In this document: one piece after another, positions 1 through 8,903 of the stretch | Numbering within the stretch: the first letter of the stretch is position 1 | Layout: each line of letters starts with the position of its first letter | Assembly: GCA_964589775.1 (NCBI GenBank) | Contig: CAZPUN010000064.1 | Span: 30,001 to 62,000 of the forward strand | Length of the DNA stretch: 32,000 bases | Source: an uncultured archaeon | Lineage (GTDB): Archaea > Asgardarchaeota > Thorarchaeia > Thorarchaeales > CAZPUN01 | Direction: 5' to 3' | Made by a program: the position numbers and the translations under genes | The notes under the pieces: model-generated | Database searches by the model: none | What the model was told of the DNA's origin: nothing | What the model saw: only the letters and a program-made list of their open reading frames with translations

Positions 1-1269
1 GAATGAAACTTTGCGTTTTCCTCTCGTAATGAGTGTAATTCTCCATAGTGGTAAAGCTGCTCCTATTAGATATAATACCGGAATTAATACTAGATTTGCT
101 GGGAATTGCCACGGAAGAATTCTTGCAGGTGGCGCAATCAATATAAAATTGACTACTGTAAATACAAGAATTGCAAAGACCAATTTAATTCGGTCCCAAT
201 CTGTACCCCATTTAATACCAATAATCGAATTATTGTTGATTTCTCTTAATGAGACCTCGAATGGATTTATGATGCTCTGCTTATCCTTTTCTATTTCATT
301 ACTGATTATTACGCTTCTATTTGTGATGTATATCATATCTTTAATCGTACGTCCTCCAGAAGCAAAAAGGACTATAAATATGAATACAATAAAGTATGAG
401 ATAATTACTAACCATTGTATACTTGGATTTTCAGGTAGTCGTTGAATCTCTGGGTAAAAGTATGTTACAAAAGACATAAGAATAACAGAAAGGAAAGCGA
501 GTCCCAAGCCATATTGTCTTGCGATTTTTCGGCTTACTACAGGCTGCTCGATTACCTTTTCATCTTCTGGTAAGAGTATTGATGTGGGCGTGAATTCCAT
601 TTCGAAGGATACGTTTCCTCTTTTTCGTATATTTCGTAAAATATCTACAAATTTATTTTCTTCATAGATTGAAATATCGTCCAAGCTCCATTCTTCGCCG
701 CTTCGCATTTGGATTGTGAGATAGATCTCTTTTTGAATGCCCATCTTAATGATCAAGATTCCAATTAGCAGAACAATTATGAATCCTGCAATTGCTCCGA
801 CTGTATATGGCGTAATTACAATATGTAGAATTATATCTACAAGGAAGAATGTTGCGAGTAGTGAATCTGCAAGAAGAAATAAAATTCCTATTAGAATTCT
901 AAGCGGCATTATCTGACGTCTTCTACCAGCTGTGAAGCCTTCGATGAAATCATTTGGGAAATCTAAACTTCTTGTCTTAGTTTTTAATACTAATCTTCTA
1001 TTTGTTAATATAAGTGCAGAATTTGTATGCGAAAGCATGAATGTTATGACCGATAATATAATAATAATAGCTGATTTTGGACTGATTATTGTATAAATAG
1101 ATCTTTGCGATAATCCAATAAAGAATAGGCTACCATCCATTAGGACGCCACGGAGACCTATTAGCAATAACGCATATGAGACTCTTCTGATCCATCTGTC
1201 TATACTCTTACACTTTATTGAGGTGATTATATGTTCGTTATCAAGTTGAAATTGGCGATCTAAAGACAA
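1..1269 (-). CDS. Multi-pass membrane protein with two tandem bacterial-PH (bPH)-like modules; runs off the window edge
   Basis: Not in ORF track. Hand translation from TTG at 1269 (GAGGTGA SD just upstream) is open to base 1: MSLDRQFQLDNEHII... Each module is a TM pair, then LTNRRLVL or ITNRSVII, another TM pair, then LTIQMRSG or ITLITRG. Confidence 0.75.
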   Translation of the reverse strand, partial: MSLDRQFQLDNEHIITSIKCKSIDRWIRRVSYALLLIGLRGVLMDGSLFFIGLSQRSIYTIISPKSAIIIILSVITFMLSHTNSALILTNRRLVLKTKTRSLDFPNDFIEGFTAGRRRQIMPLRILIGILFLLADSLLATFFLVDIILHIVITPYTVGAIAGFIIVLLIGILIIKMGIQKEIYLTIQMRSGEEWSLDDISIYEENKFVDILRNIRKRGNVSFEMEFTPTSILLPEDEKVIEQPVVSRKIARQYGLGLAFLSVILMSFVTYFYPEIQRLPENPSIQWLVIISYFIVFIFIVLFASGGRTIKDMIYITNRSVIISNEIEKDKQSIINPFEVSLREINNNSIIGIKWGTDWDRIKLVFAILVFTVVNFILIAPPARILPWQFPANLVLIPVLYLIGAALPLWRITLITRGKRKVSF

Positions 1270-1280
1270 TAAAAATCACC

Positions 1281-2000
1281 TCACTCTTCAGTTGGTGCTT
1301 CCTCTTTCGGTTCAATGGGTCTGAAGTATTGCCTAGCACGTTCTATCAAATTCTTTAATGATTCTTCATCAGAGTACGGCATTTCGATTGTACGACCACC
1401 CGTAGTAATTATGCTAACACTGAACTTCGCTTTCGGAAATGAGAGTAGAATCATGAAAATTGCCAGTGGTAATGTTATAAAACTGGCTTCACTTAATGAA
1501 GTTCCAAGTCCCATAACATCCGGTTGTAGAAATGTTGTGATTAAGGTTATTAAACCACTGAGGAATCGTTCCATCTTTATTGGTGTTTTCCCAATTGCCA
1601 AGCTTTCAACAGTCATATACGGGATATCCTCATATGTTGTACCTAATCGTCCTGCTTTTCGCTCTACCAATAATCTTGTCGTAGTACCATACACTGTTAC
1701 TTTTTCATTCATACTACCCATTAAGACAAGCATTGACATAAATATGAAAAGCGTAACTACAAAAAGAAACCATGGTGCAATAAACATTGAGTTAAATGGC
1801 GGTGAAGTGTATAGATACAGATAATAGAATAGATTAATGCTATTAGAATCAATGCCAAATCTATCTAAGATATGCCAATTAACCAATATGCTGTATGTTC
1901 CAAATAATAACAATATAAGCGTAAAGACAAGAGTATGTATGTTTGTATATTTATATTCATTCGTAAATTCAACTTTTTCGCCAGGTAGCAAAAATGACAT
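1281..2000 (-). CDS. Membrane protein with one bPH-like module (probable paralog of downstream gene)
   Basis: 239 aa: LLPGEKV, TM pair, YGTTTRLLVER, IPYMTVESL, TM pair, VSIITTGG. Stop codon overlaps the SD of the next gene. Confidence 0.7.
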   Translation of the reverse strand: MSFLLPGEKVEFTNEYKYTNIHTLVFTLILLLFGTYSILVNWHILDRFGIDSNSINLFYYLYLYTSPPFNSMFIAPWFLFVVTLFIFMSMLVLMGSMNEKVTVYGTTTRLLVERKAGRLGTTYEDIPYMTVESLAIGKTPIKMERFLSGLITLITTFLQPDVMGLGTSLSEASFITLPLAIFMILLSFPKAKFSVSIITTGGRTIEMPYSDEESLKNLIERARQYFRPIEPKEEAPTEE

Positions 2001-2141
2001 TTCTCTCTCCTCGATTTATATCTTCTAATTTGTATATCTATTTATTTTCTGCAATTTATAATTTTTGGCACAATTTCGTAGTATTACGTAATTTTATCAA
2101 TATTAATGACAATAATATTATCCGTATATGGAGGTAATTAT

Positions 2142-2903
2142 TTGCTAAATATAGAGGCTGAAATCTATGCATGTATTGCCACATTGAATGAAATAGAGGA
2201 ATCTTTCAAGAAAGGGTTAGTTGATTTTGTAACCTACAAGCGACAATCTGAGGCAATGTTAATTGAAATAAGACGAAATCTGGAGCAATATGCACGAATG
2301 AATTTTAACTTTTCAGATTTTGTCCGGCGTAATAATTTAATATCGCGATTTCCATTAGCAGCAATCAAGCTTGGATTGAACACCCAACAAGTATCTGTAC
2401 AAAAGGCAATTGAATCGAGTAAGAGCGAGTTTTACGACAGACTTGGAATTGAAATTTTGAAAATTGCGAGAAAAGAACAAAGTAAGGGCATTATTCTTCT
2501 CGCAGATCTTATTGTAGCTGTTGAAAGTGTATTACCTCCTAATAGTGGAGTCACAGTCATGGATATGATCAAAACAATCAATCATCTTGCAAAAGAAGGT
2601 CTTATTCCGGGAATACGGACTTTAAAGTCGGGTGTAAAAGTTGTGGAACTTGTTCCACTTGAACTATCCGAAGACCAAGGGCTTGTTTTAAGTATTGCAT
2701 CTAGTAAAGGCTGGACTTCTGTAGAAGAAGTTATGGTGCGGACTCGATGGCCACAAGATTATGCAATGCGTGTATTGGAGAGCCTAGTTCAAAGTGGGCT
2801 TGCAAAAGCAGACCGTAGTCATTATTCATCGGGTATTCGATATTACTTCCCTGGCTTGCGTGGAAATTTGCATGGATTCCCAACGCGTTCTCATGCCTAT
2901 TAA
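2142..2903 (+). CDS. Vps28 N-terminal domain fused to Vps22/36 (EAP30) winged-helix domains (ESCRT-I/II fusion)
   Basis: N-term AEIYACIATLNEIEESFKKGLVDFVTY...FPLAAIKL resembles Vps28-N. C-term EFYDRLGIEI...VPLELSEDQGLVL...GWTSVEEV...W...VLESLVQSGLA...YYFPGL resembles Vps22/Snf8. Start placed at TTG 2142 behind GGAGGT (ORF track starts at 2106). Confidence 0.8.
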   Translation: MLNIEAEIYACIATLNEIEESFKKGLVDFVTYKRQSEAMLIEIRRNLEQYARMNFNFSDFVRRNNLISRFPLAAIKLGLNTQQVSVQKAIESSKSEFYDRLGIEILKIARKEQSKGIILLADLIVAVESVLPPNSGVTVMDMIKTINHLAKEGLIPGIRTLKSGVKVVELVPLELSEDQGLVLSIASSKGWTSVEEVMVRTRWPQDYAMRVLESLVQSGLAKADRSHYSSGIRYYFPGLRGNLHGFPTRSHAY

Positions 2904-3565
2904 ATTTCTAATTTTATTGCGTACATTTTTTTATCTATCCATGATGCATATCCGCTATCTACCATCTTTTCTATGACTTTCTTCAAGTCTTCTTCTGGAA
3001 GTGAAGCGAACGGTGTATCTGCTTCTTGTATGTATATACTTTTTAGATCAATTTCTAATCTGCCCGTTTCCAATGCCCATTCATATAGCAAATCACACCA
3101 TTCTTCTATCGTACGCCAGATTATTTTTAATCTTGTTTTTCTTTTATCTACCCACTCAGCTACGCCGGCTCTAATTAGATATTCCGCAATTGTTCTTAAT
3201 GCTTTTACACGCTCGCTAAGCCACTTGAACGGTTCGTTCTCTACAAATATGCTTACGCTTATGTAATAGTTGAGTGTTTCTGCTCCCCATCTTAATACGA
3301 AATCGCCCCATTCTTTCGCCCACTGTTCGATATCCTCTTTTCTGTCGGGAATTGAATACATCCATGGAGCATCTGAATAGCTTCCCCAATCTGGTAAAAT
3401 TCTAGGTGTCGTTATTTCTACAGTTGTTTCAGTTTTTGCAGGTTCGATTGTTTCCGTGCTTTCAAATGGTCTGACTGGCCCTGAAGATAAAGTCTCTGAA
3501 GTATGAGATTTTTCTTTTGGCTTTGGTTCTGTCTTTGATGGTCTTGGGCGTTCTTTTTCTGCCAA
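2900..3565 (-). CDS. vps25: ESCRT-II subunit Vps25-like protein
   Basis: PWMYSIP..W..EW.DFVL, G.AEWVDK...IIWRTIEEWCDLLYEW, FASL...L..M...G.A pattern typical of Vps25 tandem winged helices. Start TTG 3565 behind AGGTGA (ORF track uses GTG 3574). Confidence 0.85.
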   Translation of the reverse strand: MAEKERPRPSKTEPKPKEKSHTSETLSSGPVRPFESTETIEPAKTETTVEITTPRILPDWGSYSDAPWMYSIPDRKEDIEQWAKEWGDFVLRWGAETLNYYISVSIFVENEPFKWLSERVKALRTIAEYLIRAGVAEWVDKRKTRLKIIWRTIEEWCDLLYEWALETGRLEIDLKSIYIQEADTPFASLPEEDLKKVIEKMVDSGYASWIDKKMYAIKLEI

Positions 3566-3576
3566 AAATCTCACCT

Positions 3577-4782
3577 CTAGAATTCCTCAGCCCATTTTTC
3601 ATATTTTGCTATTAGTTCCGGAGATGCTGAAGGCTTAATTTTCTCGAGCGCATTTATGAAATCATCACGAGTAACTGGTCTCACATAAATTTCTTCCGTG
3701 CTATCTATTGCACCTGATTTTGCTAATTCACGAATGGGTGCCATAGCTGCTTCTCGACATAATATGCTTATGTCTCGCCCTGAATATCCTTCAGTTAAAT
3801 CTGCCAGTTCATCTAAATCCACACTTGGATCTAAATCGATTCCTTCAAGGTGTATCTTAAATATGGCCGATCTTGCTGCTTTATCCGGAAGCGGAACATA
3901 CAATTTTTTTTCAAATCTTGAAAGCAATGCAGGATCAAGTTGCCATGGCAAGTTCGTGGCCCCCAATACTAAAATGCGTTCATTTTCTTTACTGCCAAGG
4001 CCTTCAATTTCGACAAGTAGTTGTGTTTTCATTCGGCGTTCTCCGCCAACATCCTCTCCTGAACGTGCTGTACCGACTGCGTCCAACTCATCCATGAAAA
4101 TAATTGCCGGTTGGCTTCTCCTTGCTAAATCAAATAGGGCTTTAACAAGTTTTTCAGATTCGCCCAACCATTTCGAAACTATGTTTGCAGCTGATACATT
4201 AAAGAACGTTGCATTTACCTCTGTAGCAACTGCTTTTGATAGGTAGGTCTTACCACAACCGGGCGGTCCATACAGTAAGATACCTTTCCAAGGTCTTCGG
4301 GCTTTTCCAACGAATAGCTCAGGATGCTTTAACGGTAAGATAATTGCTTCTGAAATTGTTTCCTTGACGTCTTCGAGTCCTGCCACATCCTTCAATGAAA
4401 CATCTGGGGCTTCGATAACAATCGTGTCTGAAAGCATCTCGCGTAGTCTTTTTGTATCTTCATCAAGTTCGCCTTCGACTTCCTTTGCAGGTTCTTCTGT
4501 CTTTCGTGTCTCACGTGGTAAATCCTTTACTGGAGCTCCAGCAGAAGGCGTACTCTTTGAGGTTTCAATTCCAGTTAGAACTTTCACACGTGCTACACAT
4601 TCTTGTGCCTTTTCATAATACATTTTTTTCAAAGCTGGAAGTTTCTCTGTCTTCCATAATTTTAGTAAGTAGTTACTTGCTTTCAAATACAATTGAGCCG
4701 CTTCTTTTGGTCTCCCAGCTCTGTCCAGATCGATAGCGCGTTCAAGTAATCGCTTAATTCCTTCATCAATTGAGCTATTCAC
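3577..4782 (-). CDS. vps4: Vps4 AAA+ ATPase (MIT + AAA)
   Basis: N-terminal MIT helices (RAIDLD..G...EA..LY), Walker A GPPGCGKT, pore loop SKWLGESEK, Walker B IIFMDELD, GATNLPWQLD, C-terminal YEKWAEEF; adjacent to ESCRT-II genes. Confidence 0.93.
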   Translation of the reverse strand: MNSSIDEGIKRLLERAIDLDRAGRPKEAAQLYLKASNYLLKLWKTEKLPALKKMYYEKAQECVARVKVLTGIETSKSTPSAGAPVKDLPRETRKTEEPAKEVEGELDEDTKRLREMLSDTIVIEAPDVSLKDVAGLEDVKETISEAIILPLKHPELFVGKARRPWKGILLYGPPGCGKTYLSKAVATEVNATFFNVSAANIVSKWLGESEKLVKALFDLARRSQPAIIFMDELDAVGTARSGEDVGGERRMKTQLLVEIEGLGSKENERILVLGATNLPWQLDPALLSRFEKKLYVPLPDKAARSAIFKIHLEGIDLDPSVDLDELADLTEGYSGRDISILCREAAMAPIRELAKSGAIDSTEEIYVRPVTRDDFINALEKIKPSASPELIAKYEKWAEEF

Positions 4783-4846
4783 TTATGTTCCCCACTTGAT
4801 CCTGCTTTTGAATTATATTATATTATTAGCAAATTGTCTTATATCT

Positions 4847-5227
4847 TTAATCTTGGTTTGTTGAATCAATTGGCTTGTTCGATTGATTGTACTTGTAGAA
4901 TAATGCACCGAAGTAGGCTACAAATGCCAGAATTATTCCACCGAAAAATCCGACACCCATTACTGCTACGGCTAACATAGCCGGGTCTCCTTGGGCTAAC
5001 AAGCTAGCTACAAACGCAGGATCTATTGCAAAGTGGATTAAAACAGATATAATCGATGCTATAAAGCCGACAAAATAGCCGATGAATATGCTATCGCTTC
5101 CTTTTCGGGTCATATATCCTGTTATCAATCCTGCAATTACCATTCCTACAAACCCTATGATTAAAGAAAAAACAAGTGTCATTACAATTCCAATAAGTAG
5201 AACTTCATATTTTTTATATTCTCTCAT
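4847..5227 (-). CDS. Small Gly-rich membrane protein (DUF5518-like)
   Basis: About four hydrophobic helices with the IAGLITGY motif. Start taken as ATG 5227 (track 5269). Confidence 0.6.
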   Translation of the reverse strand: MREYKKYEVLLIGIVMTLVFSLIIGFVGMVIAGLITGYMTRKGSDSIFIGYFVGFIASIISVLIHFAIDPAFVASLLAQGDPAMLAVAVMGVGFFGGIILAFVAYFGALFYKYNQSNKPIDSTNQD

Positions 5228-5290
5228 TTTTTGCACCTTTTTTATCAATTCCGATACATATAAAATCAAAAAGATTTCTATTAATAATTA

Positions 5291-6004
5291 TTGATATATA
5301 TTATTTTGGTGATTGATTTGATTAGTAAGGATCTTTCCGCAGTAAACCGTATGATATACTCTATTCTGACGGGAGATCCTAAAGTATCGCTCGATAAAAA
5401 AATTACTAAAGTAGTGCTTATTATCTTTGATGGTCTTGGTCTTCAGGCTTTTAGAAAACGACGCGAACGCTTCTATGAAGTTTTCCATAAAGAGCCAGTT
5501 CGTCTAATAAATGATATTCCCAATACCTACACCGCTCTTGAATCCCTAATTAAACCCGATGAAATTACAATTTTCAAGAGATTGGAATTGAGAGGTATGA
5601 CTTCTTGCTTCATAGACCGTGGGGGCGCTTTTGATTGTTATAATAAAGATCCTACATTTTCAGTAAAAGCATTCAGTGATATGGACACATATCAAAAGGT
5701 GCTACAAAATTTGAAATATGATTTTATACTCGCTCATTTTTATGATTTAGATCTTGCTCAGCATGGTAAAATTCACAAAAGGCCTGAAGAAGCCACTGAT
5801 GAAATCCTGAACTTTATCGAAGATATTTACCGCAATCTGCCTAAGGAAACTTTGTTAGTTGTGGTAAGCGATCACGGGATCCACGGAGATATTCCCAAGT
5901 ATAAGAAAGACCTGAGTAAGAAAGATTTCATGAAGCGAAAGCGGAAAATAAAGAAAAAGGCAAAAGAATCAAAAACGTGTCTTCTTTTCTACATTGTGAA
6001 ATAG
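5291..6004 (+). CDS. Alkaline-phosphatase superfamily (NPP/PglZ-like) metalloenzyme
   Basis: VVLIIFDGLG, PNT (putative nucleophile), DLAQH and VVSDHG metal-ligand motifs. Start uncertain. Confidence 0.75.
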   Translation: MIYIILVIDLISKDLSAVNRMIYSILTGDPKVSLDKKITKVVLIIFDGLGLQAFRKRRERFYEVFHKEPVRLINDIPNTYTALESLIKPDEITIFKRLELRGMTSCFIDRGGAFDCYNKDPTFSVKAFSDMDTYQKVLQNLKYDFILAHFYDLDLAQHGKIHKRPEEATDEILNFIEDIYRNLPKETLLVVVSDHGIHGDIPKYKKDLSKKDFMKRKRKIKKKAKESKTCLLFYIVK

Positions 6005-6084
6005 GAACTTGCTTCTTATGTATTATTGGCGTCGATGAAGTTATATATTGTCGTTTTCCATACTATCTTGGGAACGTGGTGGAT

Positions 6085-7248
6085 ATGAAAAAATTTCGTA
6101 GTGAGTCAATTGAAAATCCTCCTATTGTTTCTCTTTGGAATGAAATACGAAAGTTAAATCGTAATGATTTAATAGACTTGGGTCAGGGCATTTCTAAAAT
6201 TACGCCATCTGAGCAGGTCTTAAATGAGCTCCGGCAAATCTTATCTGATCCTAAGGTTCATAGGTATAGCAAGGATCCTGGACTTCCCGAACTGCGTGAG
6301 AAATTATCTGAAAAATTATATCGTGATATAGGCGTTAAATATGAACCTGAAACTGAAATTATTCTGACTGCCGGAGCAAATCAAGGATTCATGACTGCGA
6401 TGCTTTCTATACTGAATGTTGGTGAAGATGTTCTTATACCAACTCCATATTACTTTAACCAGAAAATGGGTATTAGATTTGCAGATGGGAATGTTATTGA
6501 TATTCCCGTAAATCCTGATACGTTTGAACCCGACATTTCAGCTATAGAATCCAAAATAACTGAAAAGACTCACATTCTCGTATTGGTAACTCCGAATAAT
6601 CCTACTGGGGCCGTATATTCCAATGATATTCTAAAACAAATTGCTGAAATATCTGAAAAATATGACCTGATTGTCTTCTCTGATGAAACATATCGCGATT
6701 TCACATATGATATGCACTTCTCCAGTATCGCTTCAATAAAAGGCATGAAAGATCGAACAATCGTTCTTGGATCGTTTTCAAAAGTGTATGGTCTTGCCGG
6801 TTGGAGAATCGGATACCTTGCAACTGATAATGAAATCATGCATGAAATTATGAAAGGTCAAGATACGGTTGCAATCTGTGCTCCTGTGATTTCTCAATAT
6901 GCAGCTCTCTTCTCTATAAACTATATGGGTGATATTGTTCATTCAGAACGAGATAATTTGAATCGCGTTCGTAAGAAGATGTACTCAATTCTTCAAGAAA
7001 CGCCAAATTTGGAAATAGTAGAGCCAAAGGGTGCATTTTATTTCTTTCCGAGAGTATCTTATAACACGAATTCTGAAAAACTTGTACTTGATATTGTCAA
7101 GCGAGTGGGAGTTGTAACTCTGCCCGGTTCTGTGTTTGGCAAAGCTGGCGAGAATCATTTTCGGCTCTCTTATGGTCCTCTTAGCGAAGAAAGAGCAATT
7201 GAGGCTGCTGAACGAATCAAGAAATATTTTGAAAGCGTAGACAATTAG
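6085..7248 (+). CDS. Class I/II PLP-dependent aminotransferase
   Basis: LGQG, Y...PGLPELR, TAGA, TPNNPTG, SDETY, SFSKVYGLAGWRIG (PLP lysine), GAFY. Start ATG 6085 after GGTGG. Confidence 0.93.
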   Translation: MKKFRSESIENPPIVSLWNEIRKLNRNDLIDLGQGISKITPSEQVLNELRQILSDPKVHRYSKDPGLPELREKLSEKLYRDIGVKYEPETEIILTAGANQGFMTAMLSILNVGEDVLIPTPYYFNQKMGIRFADGNVIDIPVNPDTFEPDISAIESKITEKTHILVLVTPNNPTGAVYSNDILKQIAEISEKYDLIVFSDETYRDFTYDMHFSSIASIKGMKDRTIVLGSFSKVYGLAGWRIGYLATDNEIMHEIMKGQDTVAICAPVISQYAALFSINYMGDIVHSERDNLNRVRKKMYSILQETPNLEIVEPKGAFYFFPRVSYNTNSEKLVLDIVKRVGVVTLPGSVFGKAGENHFRLSYGPLSEERAIEAAERIKKYFESVDN

Positions 7249-7306
7249 AAATAAAAATAAAAGAATTCTATGATTTATCTGAGTATGTGTATCGAGGTGA
7301 ACTCAT

Positions 7307-7621
7307 TTGGCTATGACTCTTGAAAAAGCGGAAGTAGTAGTAAAGAATTTAGTTGGTAGTCGAACCTCTGGATTCAAAATGAAATCATCCTTGACTTTTG
7401 AACAGGATGTATTAACTGCGAAGGATCTAAAAAAGAATCGTATGGTTCGTTTTGGATTAAATAATGTTGGCAAAGTTCATTTGCATAAGGATAAGCTGAT
7501 TATCTCTGCAATGAATTTTGAAATCTATGAAGATGACAAATATGATGTTGTTAGTGGTGTCATAGAGATTAAAGTTGGAAAACAGGCAAAAGAATGGTAT
7601 GATGCATTGAATTTGGATTAG
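7307..7621 (+). CDS. Small hypothetical protein, possible stand-alone PH fold
   Basis: TTG start with GAGGTGA SD and a downstream T-tract. About seven predicted beta-strands and a C-terminal helix AKEWYDAL. Confidence 0.6.
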   Translation: MAMTLEKAEVVVKNLVGSRTSGFKMKSSLTFEQDVLTAKDLKKNRMVRFGLNNVGKVHLHKDKLIISAMNFEIYEDDKYDVVSGVIEIKVGKQAKEWYDALNLD

Positions 7622-7640
7622 CTTGTTTTTTCTTTTTTTC
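7622..7640 (+). terminator. Oligo-T archaeal terminator
   Basis: gcttgttttttctttttttc directly after the stop codon. Confidence 0.5.
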
Positions 7641-7710
7641 AAATATTTTAGAAAGATTTAAGATTTCAAAAGTGTATTTTTATACATTCATACCCTTTAG
7701 AGGTATTACT

Positions 7711-8532
7711 ATGGGGAAAAATATTTTCATCGGTTGTAGTGGCTGGTCTTATGAGAAAGATTGGGTTGGTACATTTTATAAAAGCAAAAGAAGTATGCTG
7801 TCTCAATATCAGGAAATATTCGATATAACCGAAATAAATTCGACATTCTATAAATATCCCGATGAGAATTTGATTGGTTATCTTGCCAAAAAAACCAAAC
7901 CCGGTTTTATGATGACTGCAAAATTTCCAAGAATCATAACTCACGATAAACGATTGGGTAAGGTCGCCCGTATTGATGAGGATGTATCTTACTTCCTAAA
8001 GATCATGAGACCTTTAAATGATGTCCGAAAATTAAAAGCTTTATTAATTCAATTACCCCCGTACGATGTCAATAGTTTGGGCAATCTTGAGAGTTTTCTT
8101 GCTTCACTCTCCGACGAGTTTCGTTATGCAATCGAATTTCGACATAAATCATGGTTTACGAAACAAAATTTCGATTTGCTGGAAAAGTACAATGTTGCAT
8201 TTACAGTCACTGATTCGCCTCTCTTAAATCAACCTGTCATCTGGATTACAACAGATTTTAGCTACGTTCGGTGGCACGGTCATGGAAAGGATATCTGGTA
8301 CGATTATCTTTACAAGTATCGCGAACTTATCGACTGGGCTCCAATTATAAATAAAATCGCTAAGGAAACTAATGCGGTTTATGCGTTCTTTAATAATCAT
8401 TTCCGAGGTAATGCACCACTTAATGCTCTTGAGATGTTAGAGATTTTAGGCATCATAAATCCAATTCAGAAGAAAAAACTTATTGAAATGAAAAGTAGCG
8501 TAAATCTTTCATTGACGGAATTCATAGAATGA
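7711..8532 (+). CDS. DUF72 (YecE-like) family protein
   Basis: IGCSGWSY, EINSTFY, K.PR.ITH, LIQLPP, AIEFRH.SW, YVRWHG, YAFFNNH..G.A. ATG 7711 behind GAGGT. Confidence 0.92.
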   Translation: MGKNIFIGCSGWSYEKDWVGTFYKSKRSMLSQYQEIFDITEINSTFYKYPDENLIGYLAKKTKPGFMMTAKFPRIITHDKRLGKVARIDEDVSYFLKIMRPLNDVRKLKALLIQLPPYDVNSLGNLESFLASLSDEFRYAIEFRHKSWFTKQNFDLLEKYNVAFTVTDSPLLNQPVIWITTDFSYVRWHGHGKDIWYDYLYKYRELIDWAPIINKIAKETNAVYAFFNNHFRGNAPLNALEMLEILGIINPIQKKKLIEMKSSVNLSLTEFIE

Positions 8533-8554
8533 AGAGAAAAATAGAAAGGAGTGT

Positions 8555-8824
8555 TTATTCCGAGTCTGCTGCTGGTTCTTCTTTCGCCATTTCACTGGCG
8601 AGTTCCTCAATTGCCTTTGCTATTTCTTGTAATCGCTTTACATTTTCATCATAGGCTGAGCTACGTCTTAGATCAACCATTAATCCTAAATCTCGAGCTG
8701 CCTTTATAGTCATTCCTGCTTTCTTAAGCTCGCCTAATGAAAATCCTCTTCCGGCACGTGGCTTTCCATCTGGAGTGTATACCACTGGATTTGCATCAAT
8801 GTCTACGTAAATTACATCGTCCAT
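8555..8824 (-). CDS. rpl13e: 50S ribosomal protein L13e
   Basis: RAGRGFSLGELKKAG...AR.LGL.VD.RR.S...ENV.RL signature; AGGTGA SD. Confidence 0.92.
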   Translation of the reverse strand: MDDVIYVDIDANPVVYTPDGKPRAGRGFSLGELKKAGMTIKAARDLGLMVDLRRSSAYDENVKRLQEIAKAIEELASEMAKEEPAADSE

Positions 8825-8903
8825 ATTGAATCACCTACTTCTATGTCTGTGAACCTCGATTGAACTTTATCTTATTAGCTTTTCTCCTTGGCAATCGTTT
8901 TCA

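Noticed and set aside
11-445. 144-aa plus-strand ORF
   Set aside because: Antisense shadow of the longer minus-strand membrane protein gene (1-1269), which has an SD and repeated domains.
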